Shown one piece after another: positions 1 to 12,347 of a DNA stretch of 64,000 nt. The stretch's first letter is position 1. Every line of letters starts with the position of its first letter. The stretch is from a virus. Lineage: Duplodnaviria; Caudoviricetes. The position numbers and the translations under genes were made by a program. Where the stretch lies: positions 1,127 through 65,126 of IMG/VR virus record IMGVR_UViG_3300034061_001472; one strand, given 5' to 3'. The notes beneath the pieces are model-generated. The model was not told where the DNA came from. It made no database searches and was given only the letters and a program-made list of their open reading frames with translations.

Positions 1-2046
1 TTGTACGGCCCTGGTGACATTGCGCTTGGTCAACGCCTGTACATGTACGAGAATAACGAAGGCGCAATTCGTTATGAAGTAACAGGCATAACAAGTGTTG
101 CATCTAATCCTGTATCAATATTTGTTACTTGGGACTCTGCAGGCGACGCAATTGAAGTGCCTGGAAGTACCGGTGTTCTTGTAGCTGTTACAGACAGTCT
201 TACTCTGCCAGAGCACCCATCGTTCACTCAACAGAATTTTGATGAATCTTTAGCTGCCAGTATCATCGCAGGGACATACCGCGAACAATTAGACTCCTTA
301 ACAAGTGGAAATACAGGAGCCCTTGGCGACTATGTCCCGCTTACTCAAAAAGGAGCTGCCGACGGCGTAGCCGAGCTTGACGTAAACGCAAAAATCAAGA
401 TAGCTCAGCTTCCCGGTCTTGCAATAAACAATACATACACCGTAGTAAATGAAACTGCCATGCTTCAACTTGAAGTTGAGATTGGAGATCTTGCTCTTCG
501 CTCAGACGTAACAAAGACATTTGTTTTTGCAGTAGACGCACTAAGCGTAACAACTAAAGCACTTACAACTAACGTAGCAACAATTACTACCGGCAGCTCT
601 CACGGGCTGTCTATAAACGACACAGTTGTTATATCTGGAATTGACGCTGTATTTAACGGTACTTATACTGTTGCAAGCGTTCCTAGCTCTACAACCTTTA
701 CGTACGAAAAAACAAACGCTAACGTATCTTCGATAGCAGTTGATCCAAATGGCTCATTAGTAAGCATTCACAACTGGCTAGAGCTTCTTAGCCCAAGTAC
801 GCTGGGAGCAACCGGCGCTACAGGTGCGAATGGCGCTACAGGTGCGAATGGCGCTACTGGCGCAATTGGTCAAACTGGCGCAACTGGCGCTGATTCAACT
901 GTTGCAGGTAACACCGGTAACACCGGCGCACAAGGCGAAACTGGTGCAACTGGTGCAACTGGTGCAACTGGTGCAACTGGTGCAATAGGTTATACTGGAG
1001 CAACTGGCGCAGCTGGTGAAACTGGCGCAATTGGTAGCACTGGTGCAACTGGCGAAACTGGTGCAGTTGGCTACACAGGCTACACTGGAGCAACTGGCGC
1101 ACAAGGTAGCACAGGTGCACAAGGAAACACAGGTCTAACTGGTAACACAGGCGCAACTGGCGCAGTTCCTTTTACCTACCAAGGTCCATACAACTCTGCA
1201 AATGTGTACGTCCAAGATGACGCTGTAACTTATGGCGGCTCGTTATGGTTACGCATTGCAGCTTATGCGCAGACAGATCCAGGCACAGATTACTCTTGGC
1301 AAGTTCTAGCTTCTAAAGGCGCAACAGGAGCTACTGGCGCTGGTGCGACCGGCGCAACTGGAGCGACAGGCCCTACTGGGACTTCAATAACTGCTTCTGA
1401 TGTACAACCTACTGGAGCAATTGATGAAGGTGCAGGCTGGTTTGATCCAGCAAGCGGAACCTTATATGTTTACTATGACAGCTTTTGGATAGAAGCGCTA
1501 AGCAGTACTAGCGTAGAGAATGGAGCAACAGGTGCAACGGGAGCGACTGGACCTACAGGTGCTACAGGAAGCACAGGAGCTAATGGCTCAACTGGAGCTA
1601 ATGGCGATACCGGAGCTGTGGGAAACACTGGACCAACTGGTGCCAATGGATCTACAGGAGTAACTGGTGCTACAGGTTCAGCTGCTACTACAGGCTCGTG
1701 GACTGTTGCCACAGGCACTAACACCTACAATTTTGAAGTTCCAAGTGGCGGCACGTACACCATGTGGGTCAAGGGAAATATACCTAATGGTATTCTAATT
1801 TGGAATGCTACAGTCAGTGTGACAAATACAAATGTCCCAGCAATAGGATATCAATATGCTTGGAACTATACGGGTGGTGGAAGTCCTATTTCATTCACTG
1901 CCATACCTGATCAGATTAGAGGAGTAGCAGGTACTATTAGCACAGACGGTACATACGCGGGTACAAGTAGTAATAGATTTGACTTTACAATTGCTAATAC
2001 CAGCGGCGCATCGCAGACCATTTATTACGGGTATACTACTATTTAA
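1..2046 (+). CDS. Collagen-like tail/virion fibre protein (probably 5'-truncated by the window edge)
   Basis: Long G-X-T/G-A-Q triplet runs; GVAELD..KI..QLP fibre motif; ~75-aa beta module ([11 protein letters not shown]...FNGTYTV) at ~541-765; WFDP..G.LYVYYD.FW module. Confidence 0.8.
   Translation: MYGPGDIALGQRLYMYENNEGAIRYEVTGITSVASNPVSIFVTWDSAGDAIEVPGSTGVLVAVTDSLTLPEHPSFTQQNFDESLAASIIAGTYREQLDSLTSGNTGALGDYVPLTQKGAADGVAELDVNAKIKIAQLPGLAINNTYTVVNETAMLQLEVEIGDLALRSDVTKTFVFAVDALSVTTKALTTNVATITTGSSHGLSINDTVVISGIDAVFNGTYTVASVPSSTTFTYEKTNANVSSIAVDPNGSLVSIHNWLELLSPSTLGATGATGANGATGANGATGAIGQTGATGADSTVAGNTGNTGAQGETGATGATGATGATGAIGYTGATGAAGETGAIGSTGATGETGAVGYTGYTGATGAQGSTGAQGNTGLTGNTGATGAVPFTYQGPYNSANVYVQDDAVTYGGSLWLRIAAYAQTDPGTDYSWQVLASKGATGATGAGATGATGATGPTGTSITASDVQPTGAIDEGAGWFDPASGTLYVYYDSFWIEALSSTSVENGATGATGATGPTGATGSTGANGSTGANGDTGAVGNTGPTGANGSTGVTGATGSAATTGSWTVATGTNTYNFEVPSGGTYTMWVKGNIPNGILIWNATVSVTNTNVPAIGYQYAWNYTGGGSPISFTAIPDQIRGVAGTISTDGTYAGTSSNRFDFTIANTSGASQTIYYGYTTI
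805..1690 (+). repeat. Collagen triplet repeats (Gly-X-Y, Y mostly Thr), interrupted by small globular inserts
   Basis: Recurring 9-bp units such as ggtgcaact/ggcgcaact/ggtaacaca. Confidence 0.9.
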
Positions 2047-2073
2047 TAGCCAAGGCTATGAAGCAGCATAATT

Positions 2074-2103
2074 TAAGACACTAATAACATAAGACACTAA
2101 TAA
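2074..2103 (+). repeat. 14-bp direct repeat TAAGACACTAATAA x2 (period 16) upstream of the second collagen gene
   Basis: Copies at 2074-2087 and 2090-2103. Confidence 0.7.
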
Positions 2104-2163
2104 GTAACAAGTATAAGATACAACCGGGTCCCAATCAAAAACTATAGTTAAGAGGAGCAAAAA

Positions 2164-5142
<2,979 letters not shown>

Positions 5143-5153
5143 GGCTAAATACT

Positions 5154-5202
5154 TAGCAAGAAAGCTGCCCGTCTTCCTATGAAGGCGGGCAGTTTTTTGC
5201 TA
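5154..5202 (+). terminator. Rho-independent terminator
   Basis: Stem CTGCCCGTCTTC-ctat-GAAGGCGGGCAG (5165-5192) followed by TTTTTT, just after the stop at 5142. Confidence 0.85.
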
Positions 5203-5273
5203 GATAAAAATAAGTAAAAAGCTACATTTTATAGTATAGTATGCCTATACATTAGTTGTAATGAGAGAGACTT

Positions 5274-5990
5274 ATGCCTATTGACTTTCCTAACAGCCCA
5301 TCGGTTAACGATGAGTTTACGTCTGGGTCTACGACCTGGCGCTGGGATGGCACTGTCTGGAAGGTCGTTCGCGACTTTGCTCCAGCAGGTGCAACTGGCG
5401 CAGTTGGTGAAACTGGCGCACAAGGTAACACAGGCTTAACTGGTGTAACTGGTGCAGTTGGTAACACCGGTGCAAACGGAAACACAGGTATGACTGGCGC
5501 AACAGGTGTAACTGGTGCTCAAGGCAATACTGGAGCAACTGGCGAAACTGGTGCAATTGGAAACACAGGTGCACAAGGTAACACAGGTCTAACTGGTAAC
5601 ACAGGTGCAATTGGAAACACAGGTGCACAAGGTAACACAGGTCTAACTGGTAACACAGGTGCAACTGGCGCTGCAGGCGCGATCCTTGCAATAAACAACA
5701 ACACAGGAACAAGCTACACCCTGCAACTAACAGATCTTAATGACCTTGTAACTTTGAACAACGCCAGTGCGATAACACTTACCGTGCCTCCTTCAGTTTT
5801 TAGTCCAAATGACGTTGTTAACATCACACAGATTGGGGCAGGACAGGTTACGTTTGCTCAGGGGGCAGGAGTTACGATAATCTCAACCGGGGCAACTGCC
5901 TCGGCTCCTAAGCTAAGAGCGCAGTACTCAGCAGCCTCAGTCATATGCACAGCAAGTAACACTTTTTTAATAGTAGGCGACGTTTCTTAG
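5274..5990 (+). CDS. Short collagen-like fibre protein, paralogue of 2164..5142
   Basis: Same N-terminal (IDFPN.PSV...[13 protein letters not shown]) and C-terminal (YTL.L.DLN.LV.LNNA...GAGQVT...LRAQ.S...GD) domains around a short collagen region. Confidence 0.88.
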   Translation: MPIDFPNSPSVNDEFTSGSTTWRWDGTVWKVVRDFAPAGATGAVGETGAQGNTGLTGVTGAVGNTGANGNTGMTGATGVTGAQGNTGATGETGAIGNTGAQGNTGLTGNTGAIGNTGAQGNTGLTGNTGATGAAGAILAINNNTGTSYTLQLTDLNDLVTLNNASAITLTVPPSVFSPNDVVNITQIGAGQVTFAQGAGVTIISTGATASAPKLRAQYSAASVICTASNTFLIVGDVS

Positions 5991-6081
5991 CGCACTTATA
6001 CCGCTGTTTATAGAGTAAACGGCGCCGCGCCACTAACTGCTTACGGTCGTAGTGCTGCTGGCGCGTGTACGCATTGTTACG

Positions 6082-6090
6082 TGTTATAAT
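6082..6090 (+). promoter_or_regulatory. Extended -10 promoter TGTTATAAT
   Basis: Perfect TGnTATAAT, 46 nt upstream of the small ORF at 6137. Confidence 0.55.
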
Positions 6091-6136
6091 ACTACCATCG
6101 TAAAATCTTACGTGTAAAGATAAGAAGGTATAAGAC

Positions 6137-6247
6137 ATGCTTGCAGTATACATGGTAGTCGCGCTGGGCCTTAGCTCATTGGTGTATTTGATCATAGAGT
6201 CGAATATAGAAGATAGACGTAATAGACGCAATAGACAAAATCTCTGA
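6137..6247 (+). CDS. Small 36-aa single-pass membrane peptide (MLAVYMVVALGLSSLVYLIIESNIEDRRNRRNRQNL); not in the ORF track
   Basis: ATG 6137 to TGA 6247, AAGAAGGT RBS-like sequence, own -10 element, hydrophobic N-half and basic tail. Confidence 0.55.
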   Translation: MLAVYMVVALGLSSLVYLIIESNIEDRRNRRNRQNL

Positions 6248-6280
6248 TAGGTGCCATAAGGTTACTTTTTCAGCATGACG

Positions 6281-6289
6281 TGATAGAAT
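6281..6289 (+). promoter_or_regulatory. Extended -10 TGATAGAAT; probable leaderless transcript for the GT operon
   Basis: -10 hexamer ends 6 nt before ATG 6296; no SD sequence. Confidence 0.5.
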
Positions 6290-6295
6290 AATTAA

Positions 6296-7351
6296 ATGTT
6301 TAGAATGTCCTTATACGCACAGCCGCACGTTAGAGCGTCTGGGTCATACTATGGATATGCGTACACGTATCAAGAAATAGCAAAGCATTTAAGGCAGTAT
6401 ACACACGACGGTAAGCAAATAAATATTGATATAAACTCTCCTAAATCTAAATTGCAGCTTTACTACGGGTCTCCACATGGATTTTTTTATGATCATCAGT
6501 ACAAAATACAAATGACCCAGTGGGAATCAACGTTAGTGCCGCCTCACTGGGTTGATCATGCAAAAAGCTATGATGAGTGGTGGACTGCAAATAGATTTGG
6601 CGCAGACGCTTTTATAAACGCCGGTGTTCCAGCAGAAAAAGTACATATATTTGAGCACGGTGTCGATGCGTCGCTCTGGACGCCAAAAAAGCGAGGAACA
6701 AAAGACACTGTAAGATTCTTGCATATAGATTCTGGGTCTCCAAGAAAAAGAGGTTCTTTAGCTGTGGAGGCGTTTAAAGCTGCATTTGGAAATAACTTTG
6801 ACTATGAAATTACACTAAAGTATAGTCACCATGCTGCATCTAAGCAGGACTGGTTTGACGAAAAAATTTTAGAGAGTCATGGAGAGTGGGAAAGCATAAA
6901 TGTTCGTCATATAAAAGAAAATATGACAATAGAGCATTTAATTAGTTTATATCATTTTCATGACATTTTAATATATCCTTCAGAAGGAGAAGGATTTGGT
7001 TTAATACCTTTACAGGCGCTAGCTACAGGAATGCCAGTTATATCAACATCAAGATGGTGCAGCTACGATCAGTACTTTAATGATAACATCATAGAATCTC
7101 ATGAAGGAATTTCAGACGTTGTCGAAACATATACTAGGCACGGTAATGTTGTTATACCTCACTTAGACTCCATGATCGAGCTTATGAAAAAAGCCGCAAG
7201 CAACATTGAAAGTCAGTCCGAACAATTCTACAATCAGGTGCCAGATGTAACCAGTAAGTATGACTGGCAAAAACTAACTAATTCTGCCATGGATAGTTTA
7301 ATATCAAGAGTAGGTATTGGCATGTTTGAGAATTCTGGCTATTTTAAATGA
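6296..7351 (+). CDS. Glycosyltransferase, GT-B fold (GT4-like)
   Basis: HGVD, RK pair (PRKRG) and YPSEGEGFGLIPLQALATGMPVI signature. Confidence 0.9.
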   Translation: MFRMSLYAQPHVRASGSYYGYAYTYQEIAKHLRQYTHDGKQINIDINSPKSKLQLYYGSPHGFFYDHQYKIQMTQWESTLVPPHWVDHAKSYDEWWTANRFGADAFINAGVPAEKVHIFEHGVDASLWTPKKRGTKDTVRFLHIDSGSPRKRGSLAVEAFKAAFGNNFDYEITLKYSHHAASKQDWFDEKILESHGEWESINVRHIKENMTIEHLISLYHFHDILIYPSEGEGFGLIPLQALATGMPVISTSRWCSYDQYFNDNIIESHEGISDVVETYTRHGNVVIPHLDSMIELMKKAASNIESQSEQFYNQVPDVTSKYDWQKLTNSAMDSLISRVGIGMFENSGYFK

Positions 7352-8034
7352 AATACACGATAATGCATGTCAACGATCGTGCAAAGGACAACATGGAGTA
7401 TAACAAGCTAGTTTTAAAAGACTTTGACTACATAGATGATATAGAGTTTTTTAATGGAAACGTAGGCAATGCCTTTGACGTTCTCGATCGCATGGGGATT
7501 AGATTAAATGTTTGGAGTCCTTATGATGGAAGATCGTTTGCGCCTTTGCCAGGAGAGTACGGAGTCTGGGTTAGCACGATTAGAACCTGGCAGTATATTG
7601 TAGAAAATAAGATAGACTCGATGCTAGTGCTAGAAGATGACATTCTATTAGAAGAAAGTTTTGTAAATAATTTGAGTAGCTGTGTAGGCCAATTGCCAGA
7701 AGACTATGATTTTATTTCACTTTACTATTTTGAAGGGCAAAATGATGTAGATAATAATACAGATTTTGGTGCTAAAAATATACATAGATCATTAAATCAG
7801 TACTCGGCTGGTCAGGCAACATTGTATTCTTACTATGGCGCTAAAAAATTATTAAAATTAGTTTCTAGGCATGGAATTGAGTACACTACTGACTGTTTTA
7901 TATTTAATAAGTCGCAGAAAGGTTTAATAAGCGGATACTCGATAAAACCAAATGATTTAAGTTTTTTAAAGCATGACTATAAAAACATCAAATCTTTGAT
8001 TGATACAGAAAATATTAGAAATGTTGAAATGTAA
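7348..8034 (+). CDS. Glycosyltransferase family 25-like
   Basis: GEYGVWVS and LVLEDD motifs; YSYYGAKKLL. Confidence 0.8.
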   Translation: MKYTIMHVNDRAKDNMEYNKLVLKDFDYIDDIEFFNGNVGNAFDVLDRMGIRLNVWSPYDGRSFAPLPGEYGVWVSTIRTWQYIVENKIDSMLVLEDDILLEESFVNNLSSCVGQLPEDYDFISLYYFEGQNDVDNNTDFGAKNIHRSLNQYSAGQATLYSYYGAKKLLKLVSRHGIEYTTDCFIFNKSQKGLISGYSIKPNDLSFLKHDYKNIKSLIDTENIRNVEM

Positions 8035-8780
8035 TGAATATATTTTTTAATAATCTTCCAATATACTATATAAACCTAGACCGTAGAACAGACAGAAATA
8101 CTTTAATGTTGCAGCAATTTGAAGAGCTAGACATTACTAACTTTAAAAAAATAAGTGCGATAGACGCTACTAAGATAGTAAACAGTAACGCACCAACATT
8201 GTCTAAACAACAGTATGCTTGCACAAGTTCACATATCATGGCGCTTATTGAATTTTTGCACTCTGGCAATGAATATGCCATGATCTGCGAGGATGATGTT
8301 GACTTGCGTAACTCGCTAAAGCTGTCTTTTAACTTTAAGGAACTATTTGATATTCAAAATGCAGGATGCCTACAGACATGTATCGTGCTTAGAGAAGAAG
8401 ATACACTAACCTTTAACATAATAAAGCGCTCTCCATGGTATTTTAGCACTGCTTCATATATCATAGACAGACCCTACGCTAAAAAAATATTAGATTTATA
8501 CTATTATAGGCAAGACGCTATAGATTTCGATTTGTTTACGCGATATAGTGTCCCAGACCCTAGAGGAGGCACTTTTAATATAGAACCAACAGCTGATCAA
8601 CTAATGTATGATGTCGATGACACAAACTCTTTTCCTATTTTTACTGTAATGTTGACGGCATCTGATATACTAGGCTCAGACGAGTGCGCTAGACAGTTTA
8701 TAAAAAGTAGAAATGACTTCATAAATTATTGGAGTAAATACGAGATCGTAACCATCGATGATATAGAGGTAAATGTATGA
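8034..8780 (+). CDS. Glycosyltransferase family 25
   Basis: YYINLDRRTDR, ISAID, ACTSSH, ICEDD, STASYII...AKKIL motifs. Confidence 0.88.
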   Translation: MNIFFNNLPIYYINLDRRTDRNTLMLQQFEELDITNFKKISAIDATKIVNSNAPTLSKQQYACTSSHIMALIEFLHSGNEYAMICEDDVDLRNSLKLSFNFKELFDIQNAGCLQTCIVLREEDTLTFNIIKRSPWYFSTASYIIDRPYAKKILDLYYYRQDAIDFDLFTRYSVPDPRGGTFNIEPTADQLMYDVDDTNSFPIFTVMLTASDILGSDECARQFIKSRNDFINYWSKYEIVTIDDIEVNV

Positions 8781-10452
8781 AGGTAGTGCTGGAATTATGA
8801 AAGTTGCCGCTTACTCTATTGCCCTTAATGAAGAAAAACACGCCGCGCGCTGGGCGGAAACTACCAAAGGCGCTGATATACGCGTCGTGTGCGACACTGG
8901 ATCCACAGATCGCACCGTTGAGATCCTACGTGAACATGGCGTTATCGTTTATGAAGTTAGCATAAAGCCTTGGCGTTTTGACGTTGCGAGAAATGCAGCA
9001 CTTGCGCTTATACCGTCTGATATAGACGTATGCCTAAGCTTAGATCTTGACGAGACTTTAGAGGAAGATTTTTTTGATAAGGTAAAAGAACACTGGGTGC
9101 CTGGCGCAACTCGTGGTTGGTGCGATTTTGACACGGGGCACGTTTGGTCCATGTGCAGACTACATTCACGTAATGGAATGTATTGGAAGTGGCCTATTCA
9201 TGAAGTGTTTGTCCCTTCGTTAGACACTAAGCAAGTCGACTGCACTATACCTACAAAGATGTATCATAAGCCAGACAGCTCTAAACCTCGTAGTCAATAC
9301 TTGCCTATGCTTGTCGCGGCATGCGCCGAAGAAGGGAGCGCAAAAGATCACCGTCTTGTTACCTACTTATGTAGAGAATACACATACTATCGCGAGTGGG
9401 AACTTGTAATATCGACCGCAGAAAGACTTCTTGCATTTAGTGACGACTGGATTGTTGAACGCGCAGCTGTTTGCCGGTGGGCTTCGGACGCATGTCGAGA
9501 ATTAAATCGCTTAGACGAAGCTATGTCTTGGGCAGATCGCGCTATAGAGCTTGATCCGTGCGGAGAAAACTATTACACAAAGGTAAGTTGCTACTACTCA
9601 ATGAGAGACTGGGGCGGAATGTGGGAAACTTCTAAGCTCGTTGCCACGTGCGCGCCAACAAATCATTATCTTTCTTCCGGGTCTTTATGGACGTGGCAGC
9701 TTAACGACATGCGTGCGTTGGCAGCTCACAACCTTGGCGACAAGAAAAAAGCTGTGCTATACGGTCAAATGGCGCTAGACGCTAACCCTACAGATCAACG
9801 CCTTGCGAATAACATAAAGTTCTATGAGCAGGGGATTGAAAATATACAAGAAATTAGTGCAGCTTCAGGGCCAGCAACTTCGATATTTGAAAGTATATAT
9901 AAGAATAGCCACTGGGGAAATGGCAGTGGCCCTGGATCAACTGAGGAAGCAACAGTTGAATACAGAAAAGTAGTGCAAGAGTGGGTTAATAAGGAAGAGA
10001 TTAAAACAGTGCTAGATCTTGGGTGCGGAGATTGGCAGTTCTCAAAGCTTATTGACTTTTCAAGTGTGCATTACACAGGCGTTGACGTTGTGCCAGACGT
10101 TGTTGCTCAAAACGATACAGCGTATGGAAGCAACAATGTAGAATTTGTTCTATCAGACGCACTTAATTTTGATTTCCCCAAGGTAGATTTAGTCTTGTGC
10201 AAGGACGTTCTTCAGCATCTTCCGAACACTGACGTTGAAGTAATTATAAAAAGAATACAGAAAGCTGCAAAGTACGCCTTGATATGCAACACAACGTACA
10301 CGCACGACAGTGTCAACTACAATATTACTGCAGGTGGATACCGCGGACTAGACTTAAAACTTCCACCATTTTCAATGGAGGTAGACACTGTACTACAGTG
10401 GGAAACCGCAGGAGCGCCTAAAAGAATAGACCTAATAACAAGAAAAGACTAA
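8773..10452 (+). CDS. GT2 glycosyltransferase + TPR repeats + class I SAM-dependent methyltransferase fusion
   Basis: NEE...DTGSTDRT...FDVARN...LDLDE...IHE (GT2); helical TPR-like middle; GSGPGS...VLDLGCGD...GVDV...KDVLQHL (MTase). Confidence 0.88.
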   Translation: MYEGSAGIMKVAAYSIALNEEKHAARWAETTKGADIRVVCDTGSTDRTVEILREHGVIVYEVSIKPWRFDVARNAALALIPSDIDVCLSLDLDETLEEDFFDKVKEHWVPGATRGWCDFDTGHVWSMCRLHSRNGMYWKWPIHEVFVPSLDTKQVDCTIPTKMYHKPDSSKPRSQYLPMLVAACAEEGSAKDHRLVTYLCREYTYYREWELVISTAERLLAFSDDWIVERAAVCRWASDACRELNRLDEAMSWADRAIELDPCGENYYTKVSCYYSMRDWGGMWETSKLVATCAPTNHYLSSGSLWTWQLNDMRALAAHNLGDKKKAVLYGQMALDANPTDQRLANNIKFYEQGIENIQEISAASGPATSIFESIYKNSHWGNGSGPGSTEEATVEYRKVVQEWVNKEEIKTVLDLGCGDWQFSKLIDFSSVHYTGVDVVPDVVAQNDTAYGSNNVEFVLSDALNFDFPKVDLVLCKDVLQHLPNTDVEVIIKRIQKAAKYALICNTTYTHDSVNYNITAGGYRGLDLKLPPFSMEVDTVLQWETAGAPKRIDLITRKD

Positions 10453-11336
10453 AGAACGTCTGGGACGTTTATAGCGTTATACTTAGCTTCTCTAGTCTCC
10501 GGATCTGCCAATTCGTTGTACATCCATGTAGACGCGTCTGCATTTTCAGTTAACGTAAGCACTCCGTATATCTTTCTATTGTCTAGGTACTGATCTACAT
10601 TATTCTTTCTTGCTGACTCGGAGAAGACCATATACTCCCAGCGATCAGATTCTTCAAGATAGCTAAGAGTGCCAAGATGCTCTCGCTTGATTAAGTATGT
10701 GCAGTGAACGCAGTCTACTTTATGCGGCTTACGCTCATTCTGATAAAGAATTTGATAGTAAATTGGTTCAGGTACTACCGAGCCGTAGCTATCTACTATG
10801 TAGTGGTAATTAGAATAATAGCGTCCTTCATGCCCGGCAAGACGACCTTTTTGATCTTCGCTGTCTGGATGCTCTGGTGTAGCTACAGCGTATCTAAGTA
10901 GTGGCGCAACAATAGGGAGATCAAGTGCGACTAGTTCTTTAAGTGTTTCAGGGTATATAAAGTTATCGGCGTCAATAACAAAGTAGTAATCGCTACCGGC
11001 GCGTATAGCTTGACGTAAACTTTCTTGACGTATTTTGCCAAGAACTCTAAATCGTTCTCCGTTCCATTCGTGCACTCCGTAATTTTCAACCTTAGTAGAC
11101 ACGTTTGAGCAGTCGAACAAGTAGTCTTGATACTCGCTACCGTTAGCAGAAAGCCACTTGCGAAGAATTTTTTCAGAGTTATCTGTATTGTTATTTGTTC
11201 TTACGTACAGAAATATCTTATCCTTAGGGTAGTCAAGCTCTTCTAAGGTTCTTAAAAACAAAGAAAGAACAGCTTCTTTTTGTTTTACTAGTACTGCGAT
11301 AAATACGGTAGGAAGATCAGCATCATTCATAGACAT
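10449..11336 (-). CDS. GT-A fold glycosyltransferase resembling the N-terminal domain of procollagen galactosyltransferases (COLGALT/PLOD-type)
   Basis: PTVFIAVLV...LEELDYPKDKI..YVRTNNNTDNS..IL..WL, RQESL, YFVIDAD, IVAPLL, VHCTYLI. Confidence 0.75.
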   Translation of the reverse strand: MSMNDADLPTVFIAVLVKQKEAVLSLFLRTLEELDYPKDKIFLYVRTNNNTDNSEKILRKWLSANGSEYQDYLFDCSNVSTKVENYGVHEWNGERFRVLGKIRQESLRQAIRAGSDYYFVIDADNFIYPETLKELVALDLPIVAPLLRYAVATPEHPDSEDQKGRLAGHEGRYYSNYHYIVDSYGSVVPEPIYYQILYQNERKPHKVDCVHCTYLIKREHLGTLSYLEESDRWEYMVFSESARKNNVDQYLDNRKIYGVLTLTENADASTWMYNELADPETREAKYNAINVPDVL

Positions 11337-11356
11337 AACATATCATATCTATTTGG

Positions 11357-11869
11357 CTATTCTTTTGCCTTTTTACGAGTAGTTTTCTTAGTCTTATCTC
11401 GTTCCTTCTTAGCGATCTTTTCTTCTCGCTGAGCATGGTACGCGTCTACCGCATTAGCGCTTGTTCGTGAGCGCCAGGTAAAGTCACACGCCTCGCATTG
11501 AACAAGGCGCATCGTTGCCCAGCGTCCTCCCCCTGGCACATCTACAACTAATGTCTTAAGTTTGTTTGGTCGCGCGTTACACGCAGGGCACTGCGGGAAA
11601 CGTTGACGACGAGATTCTTGCCCGTTCCATGAAACTGAAAGAGTACGACGAATTTCACCTTCGTCTTTTCCTCCCCAGATTCCCCAGATCTGTCGATGTT
11701 CAAGTGCCCACTTTAAACAGTCACGACGAACAGGGCAAGAGAAACATAAGTTCTTTGCTTGATACTTTTCAGAAGGTTCAGATGAAAAGAAAAAATCTCT
11801 TATTCCTTCATTTTCTTTTAGCGCACATGCAGAATCTTTCTGCCAGCTTAAGTCTATAGAAGCGCTCAT
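11357..11869 (-). CDS. whiB: WhiB-family transcriptional regulator with an extra C-terminal zinc ribbon and basic tail
   Basis: WQ..SAC...AK.LCFSCPVRRDCL.WAL...GIWGG; then CPAC...CEAC. Confidence 0.92.
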   Translation of the reverse strand: MSASIDLSWQKDSACALKENEGIRDFFFSSEPSEKYQAKNLCFSCPVRRDCLKWALEHRQIWGIWGGKDEGEIRRTLSVSWNGQESRRQRFPQCPACNARPNKLKTLVVDVPGGGRWATMRLVQCEACDFTWRSRTSANAVDAYHAQREEKIAKKERDKTKKTTRKKAKE

Positions 11870-12210
11870 TCTGCGGTTACCTCTACCCAGGTGATGGAAA
11901 AGACTTGATCAACTACGTCGCCTTCGCGAGTTTCGCCTTCTTCATCGCAGGCAAGCAGATCTGTGTCGCCATCTACTTCTCCTGCGTAGCCATACGCAAC
12001 GTAGGCAGACTCTAAAAATTGAAAGCCTTTTCCTAACGAGACTGATATTCCATCTCGTTGTAGGGCAGAAGCAAGAGCGCGGCGGATAAGTTCGTTCTCT
12101 AGATCAATATGATCATCGGTAAAAAATACTATAGAGTCGTCGTTAAGCTGCTCGTAACCGTCTCCGGTCCATTCTTTCCACAGAAGTTCGCCTATACGCG
12201 AGTCTTTCAC
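11866..12210 (-). CDS. Hypothetical acidic protein, 114 aa
   Basis: GGGGAG RBS then GTG; stop overlaps the whiB start. Confidence 0.7.
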   Translation of the reverse strand: MKDSRIGELLWKEWTGDGYEQLNDDSIVFFTDDHIDLENELIRRALASALQRDGISVSLGKGFQFLESAYVAYGYAGEVDGDTDLLACDEEGETREGDVVDQVFSITWVEVTAE

Positions 12211-12347
12211 TGTCTCCCCTTACGCCGCCGTATGAGGAATATTACACTGGAAAGTCAGCCATTGCGCGGATAAACGCAGATTATTTTAGAGTAATAAATT
12301 ACCTAAGGCTAGGTGTGAAAGTGTCTCTAAGAGTCACTGAGCAATGC

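Noticed and set aside
9850-10452. MTase domain as a CmoA-like carboxy-SAM synthase for the GK-type C5-MTase
   Set aside because: It is fused to a GT2-TPR protein and looks like a glycan-associated class I MTase; I could not recognise CmoA-specific motifs. A structure search would settle it.
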